A DNA stretch of 22,139 bases from Oculatellaceae cyanobacterium bins.114. GTDB taxonomy: Bacteria; Cyanobacteriota; Cyanobacteriia; Elainellales; Elainellaceae. Location of the stretch: assembly GCA_033764315.1 (NCBI GenBank), contig JANRJA010000101.1, positions 1 to 22,139 of the forward strand, written 5' to 3'. The position numbers were made by a program, and so were the translations under genes. The notes under the pieces are model-generated. The model did not search any database. It was not told the DNA's origin and saw only the letters and a list, made by a program, of their open reading frames with translations. The first letter of the stretch is position 1. Every line of letters starts with the position of its first letter. Positions 10,026-19,480 of the stretch are shown piece by piece.

Positions 10026-10130
10026 AACACCATTCCTAGAAATTTGGGCTACACATCAATATCCCCGCCAAGGCGTTTCGTGAAACGCCTCTACCGCTGA
10101 TCTGTAACCGTTATTGATTGAATTGGTATA
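10026..10130. repeat. Family C nested-IR element with a GTAG-type REP core
   Basis: Central aggcgtttc-gt-gaaacgcct (minus strand GTAG-AGGCGTTTC-ac-GAAACGCCT); inner IR ggctacacatca/tgatctgtaacc (10/12); outer acaccattc ... gaattggtata. Confidence 0.65.
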
Positions 10131-10640
10131 AAACACCCTGTCACCCATTGCAAACGCAATGGTGAGGTAGGAGCAACCCAGAAAGAACTCAATGATGTAA
10201 ATGCCTATTGGCGTTTTACCCATAAATTGAGTGAAACGCTACCCTGATGTGTGGAAAATAGCGAGAAACGAATGTAGAAGGTCTCCAAGCCAGCAGTTTA
10301 AGCATGCGGTTGAGACAGAGAGCCAAGCTAATACAAGGAGGTGGGGGACTATTTCTGATTGAGTGGCGTCGCTCGACCGAGCTTATGGACGTGCGTTTAA
10401 CTCAAGTGCGTTTAACAGAAGATTGAATTTGGCCAGTCTAGAATCAGAAATGCACGGCTGTATTAGGTTGACCTCTAGCCGTTTAAGCTAGGACTAGAGA
10501 ATTCTGTTTATAACAAAATGGAGCTATTCAGATCAACCCTCCATAGGGGTTGAAGGAGCAAGTAGATACTCACCCCTCATCATAGAATTCTCATCCCCGG
10601 AGTTTGTAAAGTTTTGATTTAGATATATAAAGTTTTTATG

Positions 10641-10675
10641 AAGAAAACCTTTTCAAAACATTCATTTTGAAAGGC
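10641..10675 (-). terminator. Probable intrinsic terminator of the 10704-11693 gene
   Basis: cc-t-tttcaaaa / ttttgaaa-gg stem followed on the minus strand by ttttctt. Confidence 0.55.
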
Positions 10676-10703
10676 TTCAGAGCCACAGGAAACGTTAGTC
10701 AGT

Positions 10704-11693
10704 CTAGCGATCGCCCTTTTGTTGACCTCGCTTCACCGCACGACTACCCAAAACTAGCGACAGCAAACCCATTACAGCAGAAGGTTCGGGCACTGATTTA
10801 GGCTCTGGCGAAGCAGGTGTTGGGCTAGGAGTAGGAGTCACTTCTGGCGTCGGAGTGGGCGTTGGTGTCGGCGTCGGAGTTTCTCTAGAGGTTGTCGCTG
10901 GAGTGGGCGTTGGCGTCGGAGTGGGCGAAGGAGTGGGTGAAGGAGTCGGAGTCGGAGCGGGTGAAGGAGTGGGCGTCACACTCGGAGCAGGGGTTGGAGT
11001 CGGCGTCGGCACTGGGGGAGTGACTGCCGGTTGATTTGGAATGGGCGAAAGGGCCGGAACATAACGAGCCCCTTGAATCGCGATCGTATAAGTCCGCAGT
11101 GGCAAAGATGTATTTGTAGTAGGGCCTTGCCACCCTGCCAAAGGTGCATTCGCTGCATCATCTGGCCCAAACAAAGCCCGTCGCGCATTGGGGAAGATGT
11201 ATTGATTGCGTGCCCAAATTGGGTCAAACCCGTACCCTGAAATACCTAGATAATAAATTCCAGAGTAGGGTAACTCGCCCGCACCTATATGAAGCGTTGA
11301 ACGACTGGAATTAGAGTTATATCGAATCCGGTCTGTTGGGGAAGTGTCATCGTTAGCATAAAGACCATAGCCATTTTCATCAAATAAAAACAGCTGAGTG
11401 TTGAGGTCAAGAGGATTGTTGCGGTGTTCAGTAGTGGCAATGAACTCGCGGGTATCATCAATAAAAATTTGGTATAAATCAGCCTGGTTACCGAGAATAC
11501 CAACAATGCCATTGAGTGGCGTACTGCCTGACATTGTGTTTACTTTCATAGCACTCCATAATTGAGAGCCCGCGTCTCCTTTATCACTTTCATAGAAAAC
11601 AGCAGCATTGACTGAGCTATGCCAATTGAGTGCGAAAAAGCTGGCACTGCTGAGAAAAAGTGTTAGGATTCCTGATTTCAAGAAAGTGTTCAT
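10704..11693 (-). CDS. PEP-CTERM surface protein with DVUA0089/PPC-like domain and Pro/Thr stalk (paralogue 2)
   Basis: Signal peptide ending [25 protein letters not shown] identical to paralogue 1; [20 protein letters not shown] repeats; VPEP + hydrophobic + basic tail. Confidence 0.85.
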   Translation of the reverse strand: MNTFLKSGILTLFLSSASFFALNWHSSVNAAVFYESDKGDAGSQLWSAMKVNTMSGSTPLNGIVGILGNQADLYQIFIDDTREFIATTEHRNNPLDLNTQLFLFDENGYGLYANDDTSPTDRIRYNSNSSRSTLHIGAGELPYSGIYYLGISGYGFDPIWARNQYIFPNARRALFGPDDAANAPLAGWQGPTTNTSLPLRTYTIAIQGARYVPALSPIPNQPAVTPPVPTPTPTPAPSVTPTPSPAPTPTPSPTPSPTPTPTPTPATTSRETPTPTPTPTPTPEVTPTPSPTPASPEPKSVPEPSAVMGLLSLVLGSRAVKRGQQKGDR

Positions 11694-12219
11694 ATTACTA
11701 ACAATCCATAAAAGAGCGACGTTAAAACCAGCGATCGCAAACAGTGCTAACGCTTAGAATCAGTTGAAGAATGACAGGTGACAATAGAAGGTAGAACGGG
11801 GCAATCGTTCGGGAGATTGAAGCACAGTGTCCAATTAAGAGTGCTGGCTTTAATCGAAGGCAGGACTTCTTAAAATAGGGTTCTGTTATTCTCTCACTGA
11901 GATGTATCTCAATTAATAGGGAATTTCTGACAGCAAATGCACAGACTTTCTAATACCTGAAACGCATAGGGGCTAGGAAACAGTTTCGGTAATAGTGCTT
12001 GATTGATACCAATTGATGTAGATAATTTGAACACCCACCTATTAGTAATAATACGGTTTGAGTTTGTAATTCAAATAAACTTCCTAACGAGATCCTGTAA
12101 ACTTCTGGTTAAGAATACGGAATTTCTCCTAGTCATTGATTATCTCTAATGGTATAAAACGCTTCTCCCTGAGATGCAGTAGAACTGTAGATTTACGGTT
12201 TAAGGATACTAAGTTTAAA

Positions 12220-12330
12220 CCCCGTGTGCGACTTCCCCTAGATTCCCGGTTGCTATGACGCAAATCAGACTACTTTGAGGATGCTGAACGAGCAACCGGG
12301 GATCTAAACCTCTAAGTTGCACATCGCGTG
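12220..12330. repeat. Family B element, copy 2 (apparently complete)
   Basis: Imperfect TIR cg-tgtgcgactt / aagttgcacatcg; 16-bp inner stem 12239-12254/12291-12306 with one G-T; flanked by agtttaaa at 12212-12219 and 12331-12338. Confidence 0.9.
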
Positions 12331-12574
12331 AGTTTAAAGATTTTGGGTATTCCAATGGGTTGAGGATGTCTGTCAATCTGGCAATAAACCCTTCCAGGCT
12401 CTTTAAGGAGTTAACAAGCAGTTGATACAGAGTCGTGACGCTTCAGATGTAGATCAACCCAGATGAAATCTATAATTAGGGAGGACTTGGGAGTGAGCCA
12501 GTGTAGATTGAAGTTTGCTCATGTGGCTTCATTTTCAATGCCAACTCGAATTAGAAATACCCTTTGCCTCAACC

Positions 12575-13927
12575 ATGACCTACTCATCTCGTCGTTATCA
12601 CATCACCACGTTTGGCTGTCAGATGAATAAAGCTGACTCTGAGCGGATGGCAGGCATTTTAGAAGAGATGGGTTTTCAGTGGTCAGACGCGCCTGAAGAG
12701 GCTGACCTGATTTTGTATAACACCTGCACGATTCGCGATAACGCCGAGCAAAAGGTCTATTCTTACCTCGGTCGTCAAGCCAAACGCAAGCATGAGCAGC
12801 CCGATCTAACGTTGGTAGTAGCAGGGTGTGTAGCTCAGCAAGAAGGAGAAGCGTTACTGCGGCGCGTACCAGAAATTGACTTAGTCATGGGGCCGCAACA
12901 TGCCAATCGGTTGCAGGATCTGTTAGAGCAAGTGTTTAACGGCAACCAAATTGTTGCCACCGACCCAGTTCACATTTTTGAAGACATTACCAAGCCCCGA
13001 CGAGACAGTCAGGTGACGGCCTGGGTCAATGTGATCTATGGCTGCAATGAGCGGTGTACCTATTGCGTGGTGCCCAATGTACGCGGTGTTGAACAGTCTC
13101 GCACGCCAGAGGCAATTCGGGCAGAGATGGAGGTGTTGGGACAACAAGGCTACAAGGAAATTACTCTATTGGGGCAAAATATTGATGCCTATGGTCGCGA
13201 TTTGCCAGGAGTCACAGTAGAGGGGCGACACCAGCACACGTTGACAGAATTACTTTATTTTGTGCATGATGTTCCGGGCATTGAGCGGCTTCGTTTTGCC
13301 ACAAGTCATCCCCGTTACTTTACAGAACGTTTGATTCGGGCTTGTGCTGAGTTGCCCAAAGTCTGTGAGCATTTCCACATTCCCTTCCAGTCGGGCGACA
13401 ACACCATATTGAAGGCGATGAGTCGGGGCTATACCCAGGAGAAATATCGTCGGATTATTGACACGATTCGCGGTTACATGCCGGATGCGTCGATTAGTGC
13501 TGATGCGATCGTCGGTTTTCCTGGAGAAACGGAGGAGCAGTTTGAGAACACGTTGAAGTTAGTAGAAGATATCGGCTTTGACCAACTTAACACCGCTGCC
13601 TATTCCCCTCGTCCTGGGACTCCAGCGGCACTCTGGGAGAATCAGATGTCTGAGGAGGTCAAGAGCGATCGCCTACAACGGTTAAACCATCTGGTGTCAA
13701 TCAAAGCAGCAGAGCGATCGCAGCGATATGCGGGGCGGATCGAAGAAGTGTTGGTAGAAGATCAGAATCCGAAAGACCCGACTCAGGTAATGGGACGAAC
13801 TCGCGGTAATCGCCTGACTTTCTTTGCTGGAGAGATTGCCACTCTGAAAGGGCAGGTTGTCCCCGTCAAGATTACAGAAGTGCGGGCGTTTAGCCTGACT
13901 GGAGCAGCCCTCATCCCTGTCTACTAA
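12575..13927 (+). CDS. miaB: tRNA-2-methylthio-N6-dimethylallyladenosine synthase MiaB
   Basis: [26 protein letters not shown], radical-[12 protein letters not shown]-terminal TRAM domain. ATG 12575 preferred to TTG 12515. Confidence 0.96.
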   Translation: MTYSSRRYHITTFGCQMNKADSERMAGILEEMGFQWSDAPEEADLILYNTCTIRDNAEQKVYSYLGRQAKRKHEQPDLTLVVAGCVAQQEGEALLRRVPEIDLVMGPQHANRLQDLLEQVFNGNQIVATDPVHIFEDITKPRRDSQVTAWVNVIYGCNERCTYCVVPNVRGVEQSRTPEAIRAEMEVLGQQGYKEITLLGQNIDAYGRDLPGVTVEGRHQHTLTELLYFVHDVPGIERLRFATSHPRYFTERLIRACAELPKVCEHFHIPFQSGDNTILKAMSRGYTQEKYRRIIDTIRGYMPDASISADAIVGFPGETEEQFENTLKLVEDIGFDQLNTAAYSPRPGTPAALWENQMSEEVKSDRLQRLNHLVSIKAAERSQRYAGRIEEVLVEDQNPKDPTQVMGRTRGNRLTFFAGEIATLKGQVVPVKITEVRAFSLTGAALIPVY

Positions 13928-14003
13928 CAGTTCACTCAACAGCCGATCGCTAGCGTAATCGGTGTGGTAGGCTTACTGCGATGAAGTGTGGTGAGGCATA
14001 CCC

Positions 14004-15110
14004 ATGACAAAACTGCGAGTTGGGCTGTTGTTTGGCGGGTGCTCTGGAGAGCATGAGGTTTCGATTCGGTCGGCACAGGCGATCGCCCAGGCTCTTGCCA
14101 ACCCAGATAACGCCGACCGCTATCAACTGATGCCGATCTACATTCAAAAAGATGGGCGTTGGCAGCCCGGTGATCTAGCCCAACAGGTGCTCGCCGCAGG
14201 CACTCCACCCGCCACTTTGACGGCTGAGAAAACCGCATCTGACTCGGCTCAACTTGAGGGATTGCAACCCCTCACATCAACGGCGGTCGAGCGATGGCAG
14301 TCTCCGGCTCAAGTCGCAGAGGTAGATGTTTGGTTCCCCATCTTGCATGGACCCAATGGCGAAGACGGGACGATCCAGGGATTATTGAAACTGATGCAGG
14401 TGCCGTTTGTGGGTTCTGGGGTGTTGGGGTCAGCCGTAGGGATGGATAAGATTGCGATGAAGATGGCGTTTGCTCAAGCAGGCTTGCCTCAAGTGAGGTA
14501 TCAAGCTGTGAAGCGATCGCAGATCTGGTCAAATCCCTGTGTCTTTCCTAAATTGTGTGATGACATTGAGGCGGAGTTGGGCTATCCCTGTTTTGTCAAA
14601 CCTGCAAATTTAGGTTCCTCTGTAGGCATTGCCAAAGTTCGTAATCGCGCTCAATTAGAAGCCGCCTTAGATAGTGCTGCCAGTTACGATCGCCGCTTGA
14701 TTGTCGAAGCAGGCGTGCCCAGTCCGCGTGAGATTGAGTGTGCTGTGTTAGGCAACGACTACCCCAAGGCCTCAGTTGTGGGCGAAATCACTTATCAAAG
14801 CGACTTTTACGATTATGAGACTAAATACACCGAAGGGTTAGCGGATTTGCTCATTCCTGCACCGATTCCAGAGGCGATCGCCCAACAAGTACAAGAGATG
14901 TCTGTGCGAGCATTTGAGGCGGTTGACGCAGCAGGGATCGCCAGAGTTGATTTCTTTTACATAGAGTCAACGGGTGAGGTGTTTATTAACGAAATCAACA
15001 CCATGCCGGGATTCACCGTAACTAGCATGTATCCTCGGCTCTGGGCAGCCAGTGGCATTCCTTTCTCAGAATTGGTGCATCAATTAGTTCAGTTGGCGTT
15101 AGAGCGATAA
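14004..15110 (+). CDS. ddl: D-alanine--D-alanine ligase
   Basis: [54 protein letters not shown]. Confidence 0.97.
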   Translation: MTKLRVGLLFGGCSGEHEVSIRSAQAIAQALANPDNADRYQLMPIYIQKDGRWQPGDLAQQVLAAGTPPATLTAEKTASDSAQLEGLQPLTSTAVERWQSPAQVAEVDVWFPILHGPNGEDGTIQGLLKLMQVPFVGSGVLGSAVGMDKIAMKMAFAQAGLPQVRYQAVKRSQIWSNPCVFPKLCDDIEAELGYPCFVKPANLGSSVGIAKVRNRAQLEAALDSAASYDRRLIVEAGVPSPREIECAVLGNDYPKASVVGEITYQSDFYDYETKYTEGLADLLIPAPIPEAIAQQVQEMSVRAFEAVDAAGIARVDFFYIESTGEVFINEINTMPGFTVTSMYPRLWAASGIPFSELVHQLVQLALER

Positions 15111-15138
15111 TGGAATAGCTCCCCACTTGTCAGCCGTT

Positions 15139-16533
15139 ATGTCTCTTCACAGCGATTGCTTGCAAACCAACTATTTATTGGCAGATACTCTGCGCCAACG
15201 TCGTCAACGGTTAGCGGCTCTAGTTGATGTTCCGGTGATTCTTTGGTCGGGGGTGAGTTGTGCACGTAACTATTCAGCCAACCCCTATCCCTTTCGAGCC
15301 AGCAGCCATTTTCTCTATTTTGCTGGAGTGCCGCTTTATAACGCTGCAATCCGTTTAGAACAGGGCAGTTTAGAGCTGTTTATGGATGACCCTACCGCTG
15401 CTGACATTTTGTGGCACGGAGACACCGCACGGCGATCGCAGATTGCAGAACAAATTGGAGCGGATGCTGATTATCCTTTAATCGAATTGAAATCCCGCAC
15501 TGAAGGAGCTGCCACCGTTCCCGTGCAAGACACCAGCACTCAATTACAACAATCGCAGTGGCTCAACCGCCCCCTTGCCCCATCTCACCAACCGCAGGGC
15601 ATTGATTTAGAGTTAGCCAAGGCGATCATCACCGTGCGGCTGACACACGATCAGGCGGCTGTCGCTGAACTGCGCAAAGCCGCAGCAGTGAGTATCAAAG
15701 CCCACAAAGCAGGCATGGCAGCCACCCCCACTGCCACCCACGAGTCTGATGTGCGTGCTGCAATGGAAGGAGTGATTTTAGCGCACAACATGACCTGTGC
15801 CTATTCCAGCATCGTCACGGTGCATGGTGAGGTATTACATAACAACAGCTATCATCATCCGCTACGGCCTGGTGATTTGTTATTAGTAGACGTGGGTGCC
15901 GAGGCAGAAACAGGGTGGGCATCTGACATTACTCGCACCTGGGCCGTCTCTGGACAATTTTCTTCGACTCAACGTGATATTTACAACGTTGTGTTAGCGG
16001 CTCATGATTTGTGTATTGAGCAGGTGCATCCTGGAGTGGAATATCGAGACTTGCATCTGATGGCCGCGACAGTGATGACCGCTGGATTAATCGATTTAGG
16101 AATCTTTAAAGGTCATGCTGAAGACTTGGTCGCGATGGATGCCCATACCCTGTTCTTTCCTCACGGCATTGGGCACCTGATTGGGCTAGATGTGCATGAC
16201 ATGGAAGATTTTTGGGATCTGGCGGGTTATGAACCCGGTAGAACTCGGAGCGATCGCTTTGGGTTGAGCTACCTCAGGCTCGATCGCCCCATTCGAGCAG
16301 GCATGGTGTTTTCGATTGAACCAGGGTTCTATCAAGTGCCTGCAATCTTGCATGATAGCGATCGCCGTGCCAAATATGATGAGGTAGTAGATTGGGATCG
16401 CCTCGCCACCTTTGCTGACGTGCGGGGCATCCGCATTGAAAATGATGTGCTGGTGACCGAATCAGGGCATGATGTACTGACCGCAGATTTGCCCACCAAA
16501 GCTGAGGTGATCGAAGAATTGGTGCGGCGTTAG
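15139..16533 (+). CDS. pepP: Xaa-Pro aminopeptidase (peptidase M24B, AMP_N + catalytic domain)
   Basis: YPFRASSHFLY, VLHN, D.GAE....ASDITRT, HGIGHLIGLDVHD, EPGFY, GIRIENDVLVT. Start uncertain (TTG 15127 or ATG 15139). Confidence 0.88.
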   Translation: MSLHSDCLQTNYLLADTLRQRRQRLAALVDVPVILWSGVSCARNYSANPYPFRASSHFLYFAGVPLYNAAIRLEQGSLELFMDDPTAADILWHGDTARRSQIAEQIGADADYPLIELKSRTEGAATVPVQDTSTQLQQSQWLNRPLAPSHQPQGIDLELAKAIITVRLTHDQAAVAELRKAAAVSIKAHKAGMAATPTATHESDVRAAMEGVILAHNMTCAYSSIVTVHGEVLHNNSYHHPLRPGDLLLVDVGAEAETGWASDITRTWAVSGQFSSTQRDIYNVVLAAHDLCIEQVHPGVEYRDLHLMAATVMTAGLIDLGIFKGHAEDLVAMDAHTLFFPHGIGHLIGLDVHDMEDFWDLAGYEPGRTRSDRFGLSYLRLDRPIRAGMVFSIEPGFYQVPAILHDSDRRAKYDEVVDWDRLATFADVRGIRIENDVLVTESGHDVLTADLPTKAEVIEELVRR

Positions 16534-16545
16534 TGGATGCCGGAG

Positions 16546-17367
16546 CTAATCACGAGAGATTCCCTCTGGCACTCGCGGCGTGACTCGCACATCGGCAGGA
16601 GTTGCCATTGACTGCGCCCAGTAGTGGTTATAGATATAGCGACCCGTGTCACGACCCAGATAAAAATATCCCACCCCAATTTCCTGCACCTGATAAGCCA
16701 GCAAGTTACGGCGATGTCCGCTGCTATTCATCCAACCTCGCATGGCAGACGCGGCTGTTGTGTGTCCGGCTGCCAAGTTTTCGGCAGCTTCAGAATAGTC
16801 ATAGTCGGCTGCCCGTATGCGATCCCAGGGGGAGGAGCCATCTGCTCCGGTATGGCTGAAATTATCTTGCACTGCCATAGCACGAGCATAGGTTTGAGCG
16901 GCATTGGTGAGCTGAGTGTTGAGTGCTAGGGGCTGCAATCCATTTTGCACCCGAAAAGCATTGGTCTTTAACACCACATCATAGACAGGGCTGATCTGAT
17001 CAGTCGGGCTAGTAGCCAGGGTTAGCCGATAGACCGTGCTGTCTTCAGTTTTGGGAAACACCCGAATAAAATAGGTGCCCCGACCTAACCCATCAATGGC
17101 GATCGCTTCTGCCCTAGTGCTAGATGCCCGTGAACTAGCGACAACCTCACCCAGATCGACCGTGCCATCGCGATCGCGATCTTGCACAATTTCCAGATCG
17201 GCATTTGCTCTCAATGCCCCCAGATTTAACTTCAAGTTGCTGCGACCACTGAGGCGAAACCAATAAAAATCGTTTAGATCCACTGCGCCAATGGCATCTT
17301 TGCGGATCGTTCCCGGTCGCAATGCCCTTGCCTGTCTTAGGTTATCTGCTCCTAAATCTCTTGCCAT
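16546..17367 (-). CDS. PPC (pre-peptidase C-terminal) + CAP/SCP domain protein
   Basis: D.NDFY.F.L...ANADLE...GTYFIRV (PPC); TN.FR.QNGL.PL, FSHTG.DGS.P.DR, AENLAAG, WMNSSGHRRNLL, EIGVG (CAP). ATG 17367 or GTG 17379. Confidence 0.85.
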   Translation of the reverse strand: MARDLGADNLRQARALRPGTIRKDAIGAVDLNDFYWFRLSGRSNLKLNLGALRANADLEIVQDRDRDGTVDLGEVVASSRASSTRAEAIAIDGLGRGTYFIRVFPKTEDSTVYRLTLATSPTDQISPVYDVVLKTNAFRVQNGLQPLALNTQLTNAAQTYARAMAVQDNFSHTGADGSSPWDRIRAADYDYSEAAENLAAGHTTAASAMRGWMNSSGHRRNLLAYQVQEIGVGYFYLGRDTGRYIYNHYWAQSMATPADVRVTPRVPEGISRD

Positions 17368-17536
17368 CGTCTCTAACACCAGTGTTGGCGTGACCAGTTT
17401 TGACGTTATATGAATGGAGCTGTCTGCTCCTAAAAGTCTGCTTTAGGATGAGCTTAGATAGACTGAGTTAAAAGACGCTCTTGAGTGGGGCGGGTTCCGC
17501 AATTCTGATCGGTGTCCCTCCTCCTAAACGATTTCT

Positions 17537-19480
17537 ATGAAGATTTTGATTGTTGAAGATGACACGCTGGTTGCCAATGCGTTAGCTGAAATTCTCTCTG
17601 ACCAAATCTATGCCGTTGAAATAGCAACGGATGGGCAATCAGGATGGGAATTACTGGAGACCTATAGCTACGATCTCGTGCTGTTAGACGTGATGTTGCC
17701 TCAGCTAGATGGCATCAGCCTCTGCAAAAAACTGCGATCGCACCATTACACCATGCCCGTGTTGTTGCTAACTGGACGAGACAGCGGACATGACAAAGCC
17801 GTGGGGTTAGATGCAGGAGCAGACGATTATGTCGTTAAACCGTTTGACCCCGAAGAGCTGGTCGCTCGCATTCGCGCCCTTCTGCGGCGAGGCAGCACAG
17901 TCGCCAACCCGCTGCTAAAGTGGGGCGATTTATGTCTTGACCCGACGCTCTGCGAAGTCACCTGGCACGACAGCCCCGTGGCACTCACCTCCAAAGAATA
18001 TGCGTTGATGGAGCTGTTTTTGCGGAACCGTCGTCGAGTTTTTAGCTGCGGCATGATTTTAGAGCATCTCTGGGCATACGACACGATGCCAGGGGAAGAG
18101 GCAGTTCGCACACACATCAAATGTCTACGGCAAAAGTTTAAAACAGCGGGAGTTCCCACTGATTTAATCGAAACAGTGTATGGCATTGGTTATCGACTCA
18201 AAACAGAACCGGAAGCAACGAGTCAGACGGATTGGGCGGCAACCTCTCCGCTCCCTGCTCAGACCCAACAATCCAGCCAACCCCCATCCACCGGGCAGGA
18301 AAAAACCCCGTTTCGACAGCAGATGCAAACGGCGATCGCGGGTGTCTGGGATCGTCACAAAGACCGGGTGAGCCAACAGATTACGGTGATTGAGCAAGCG
18401 GCGATTGCTCTGACTCAAGGAACGCTGGATCAGGAGTTGCACCAACAGTCGCATCAAGAAGCCCACAGTTTAGCCGGTAGCCTGGGCACCTTTGGCTTTG
18501 CTCAGGGATCAGAGTTAGCCCGTCAGATTGAAGGCTTGCTAAAACCAGAGAAACGGCTAAAACGCTCTAACATTAACACGTTGCAGAACTTAGTTGAACA
18601 ACTGCGACATCAAGTTGATCCTCCGGTTATCTCCCTGTCTACGTCTACCGACTTGCCCTTGTTGCTGATCATAGACAGCCATCCCTCTTCTACCGAAACC
18701 CTCGCCACGGCTGCCAAAGCTCAGGGGTGGCGCACCCTTACTAGCTCCGATCTAGCCAGTGCCAAACACCATCTCAGACAAGATAAACCAGCCGCCGTGT
18801 TGGTTGATCCTGGCTGTTTACCCGATATCCCTGAGCGGTTGCAATTCTTGCAAGAGCTGAGCCAACGTAAACCCGCCATTCCCATCTTGATCTACACCAC
18901 CCAAGACAGTCTCAGCGATCGCCTCCACATTGCTCAAATAGGGGGTTGCACCTTTTTGCACAAGCCACTGCCAGCCACTGCCATTCTCGAAACGATTCAA
19001 CATCACTTGCACCGAGAGAGCATTACAGAGGCAACCCTCATGGCAGTGGATGATGATCTGGCTGTGTTAGAACTGCTCAAAACATTGCTGGAACCCTGGG
19101 GATTGCATGTCACTCCATTGAGCGATCCACGACAGTTTTGGGAAACCCTCGAAAAGGTATCCCCTGATTTGCTCATTCTCGATGTTGAAATGCCTTATCT
19201 AGGTGGAATTGAGTTGTGTCAGGTGGTTCGCAATGATGCCCAATGGGGGGGATTGCCCATTCTCTTCCTCACGGCCCACAGTGATGCTGAGGTGGTCAAT
19301 CGCGTATTTGCAGCCGGAGCAGATGATTTTGTGAGCAAACCCATCGTGGGCCCAGAACTAGTCGCTCGCATTATCAATCGCCTAGAACGGCTGAAGCTCT
19401 TGCAAAACTTGCAAGCTTGCTGGCAGTCTCAAAAACCCCTACCCTCATCACCTCTTAAAGACAGAGGGCAATCCCTATGA
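17537..19480 (+). CDS. RcaC-like multi-domain response regulator: REC-OmpR wHTH-HPt-REC(degenerate)-REC
   Basis: MKILIVEDD, LLDVMLP, DDYVVKPF; LTSKEY...ETVYGIGYRL; EAHSLAGSLGTFG (HPt); VLVDPG; LILDVEMP...DDFVSKP. Confidence 0.9.
   Translation: MKILIVEDDTLVANALAEILSDQIYAVEIATDGQSGWELLETYSYDLVLLDVMLPQLDGISLCKKLRSHHYTMPVLLLTGRDSGHDKAVGLDAGADDYVVKPFDPEELVARIRALLRRGSTVANPLLKWGDLCLDPTLCEVTWHDSPVALTSKEYALMELFLRNRRRVFSCGMILEHLWAYDTMPGEEAVRTHIKCLRQKFKTAGVPTDLIETVYGIGYRLKTEPEATSQTDWAATSPLPAQTQQSSQPPSTGQEKTPFRQQMQTAIAGVWDRHKDRVSQQITVIEQAAIALTQGTLDQELHQQSHQEAHSLAGSLGTFGFAQGSELARQIEGLLKPEKRLKRSNINTLQNLVEQLRHQVDPPVISLSTSTDLPLLLIIDSHPSSTETLATAAKAQGWRTLTSSDLASAKHHLRQDKPAAVLVDPGCLPDIPERLQFLQELSQRKPAIPILIYTTQDSLSDRLHIAQIGGCTFLHKPLPATAILETIQHHLHRESITEATLMAVDDDLAVLELLKTLLEPWGLHVTPLSDPRQFWETLEKVSPDLLILDVEMPYLGGIELCQVVRNDAQWGGLPILFLTAHSDAEVVNRVFAAGADDFVSKPIVGPELVARIINRLERLKLLQNLQACWQSQKPLPSSPLKDRGQSL

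Noticed and set aside
10141..10165. Hairpin ccattgc-aaac-gcaatgg as part of a c-di-GMP riboswitch
   Set aside because: The GCAAA lies on the non-coding strand and the second stem and consensus are missing.
10797..11060. CRISPR-like or STRR tandem DNA repeats
   Set aside because: Degenerate 6-nt periodicity that simply encodes PT dipeptides; no repeat-spacer structure and no cas genes.
14004..15110. Van-type D-Ala-D-Lac ligase
   Set aside because: The omega loop FYDYETKY is the ordinary D-Ala-D-Ala type, and no van genes are nearby.
17345..17434. 12-bp direct repeat tctgctcctaaa (in-frame LGAD twice)
   Set aside because: Short, and no standard start codon extends the ORF to the upstream copy; chance or an old micro-duplication.
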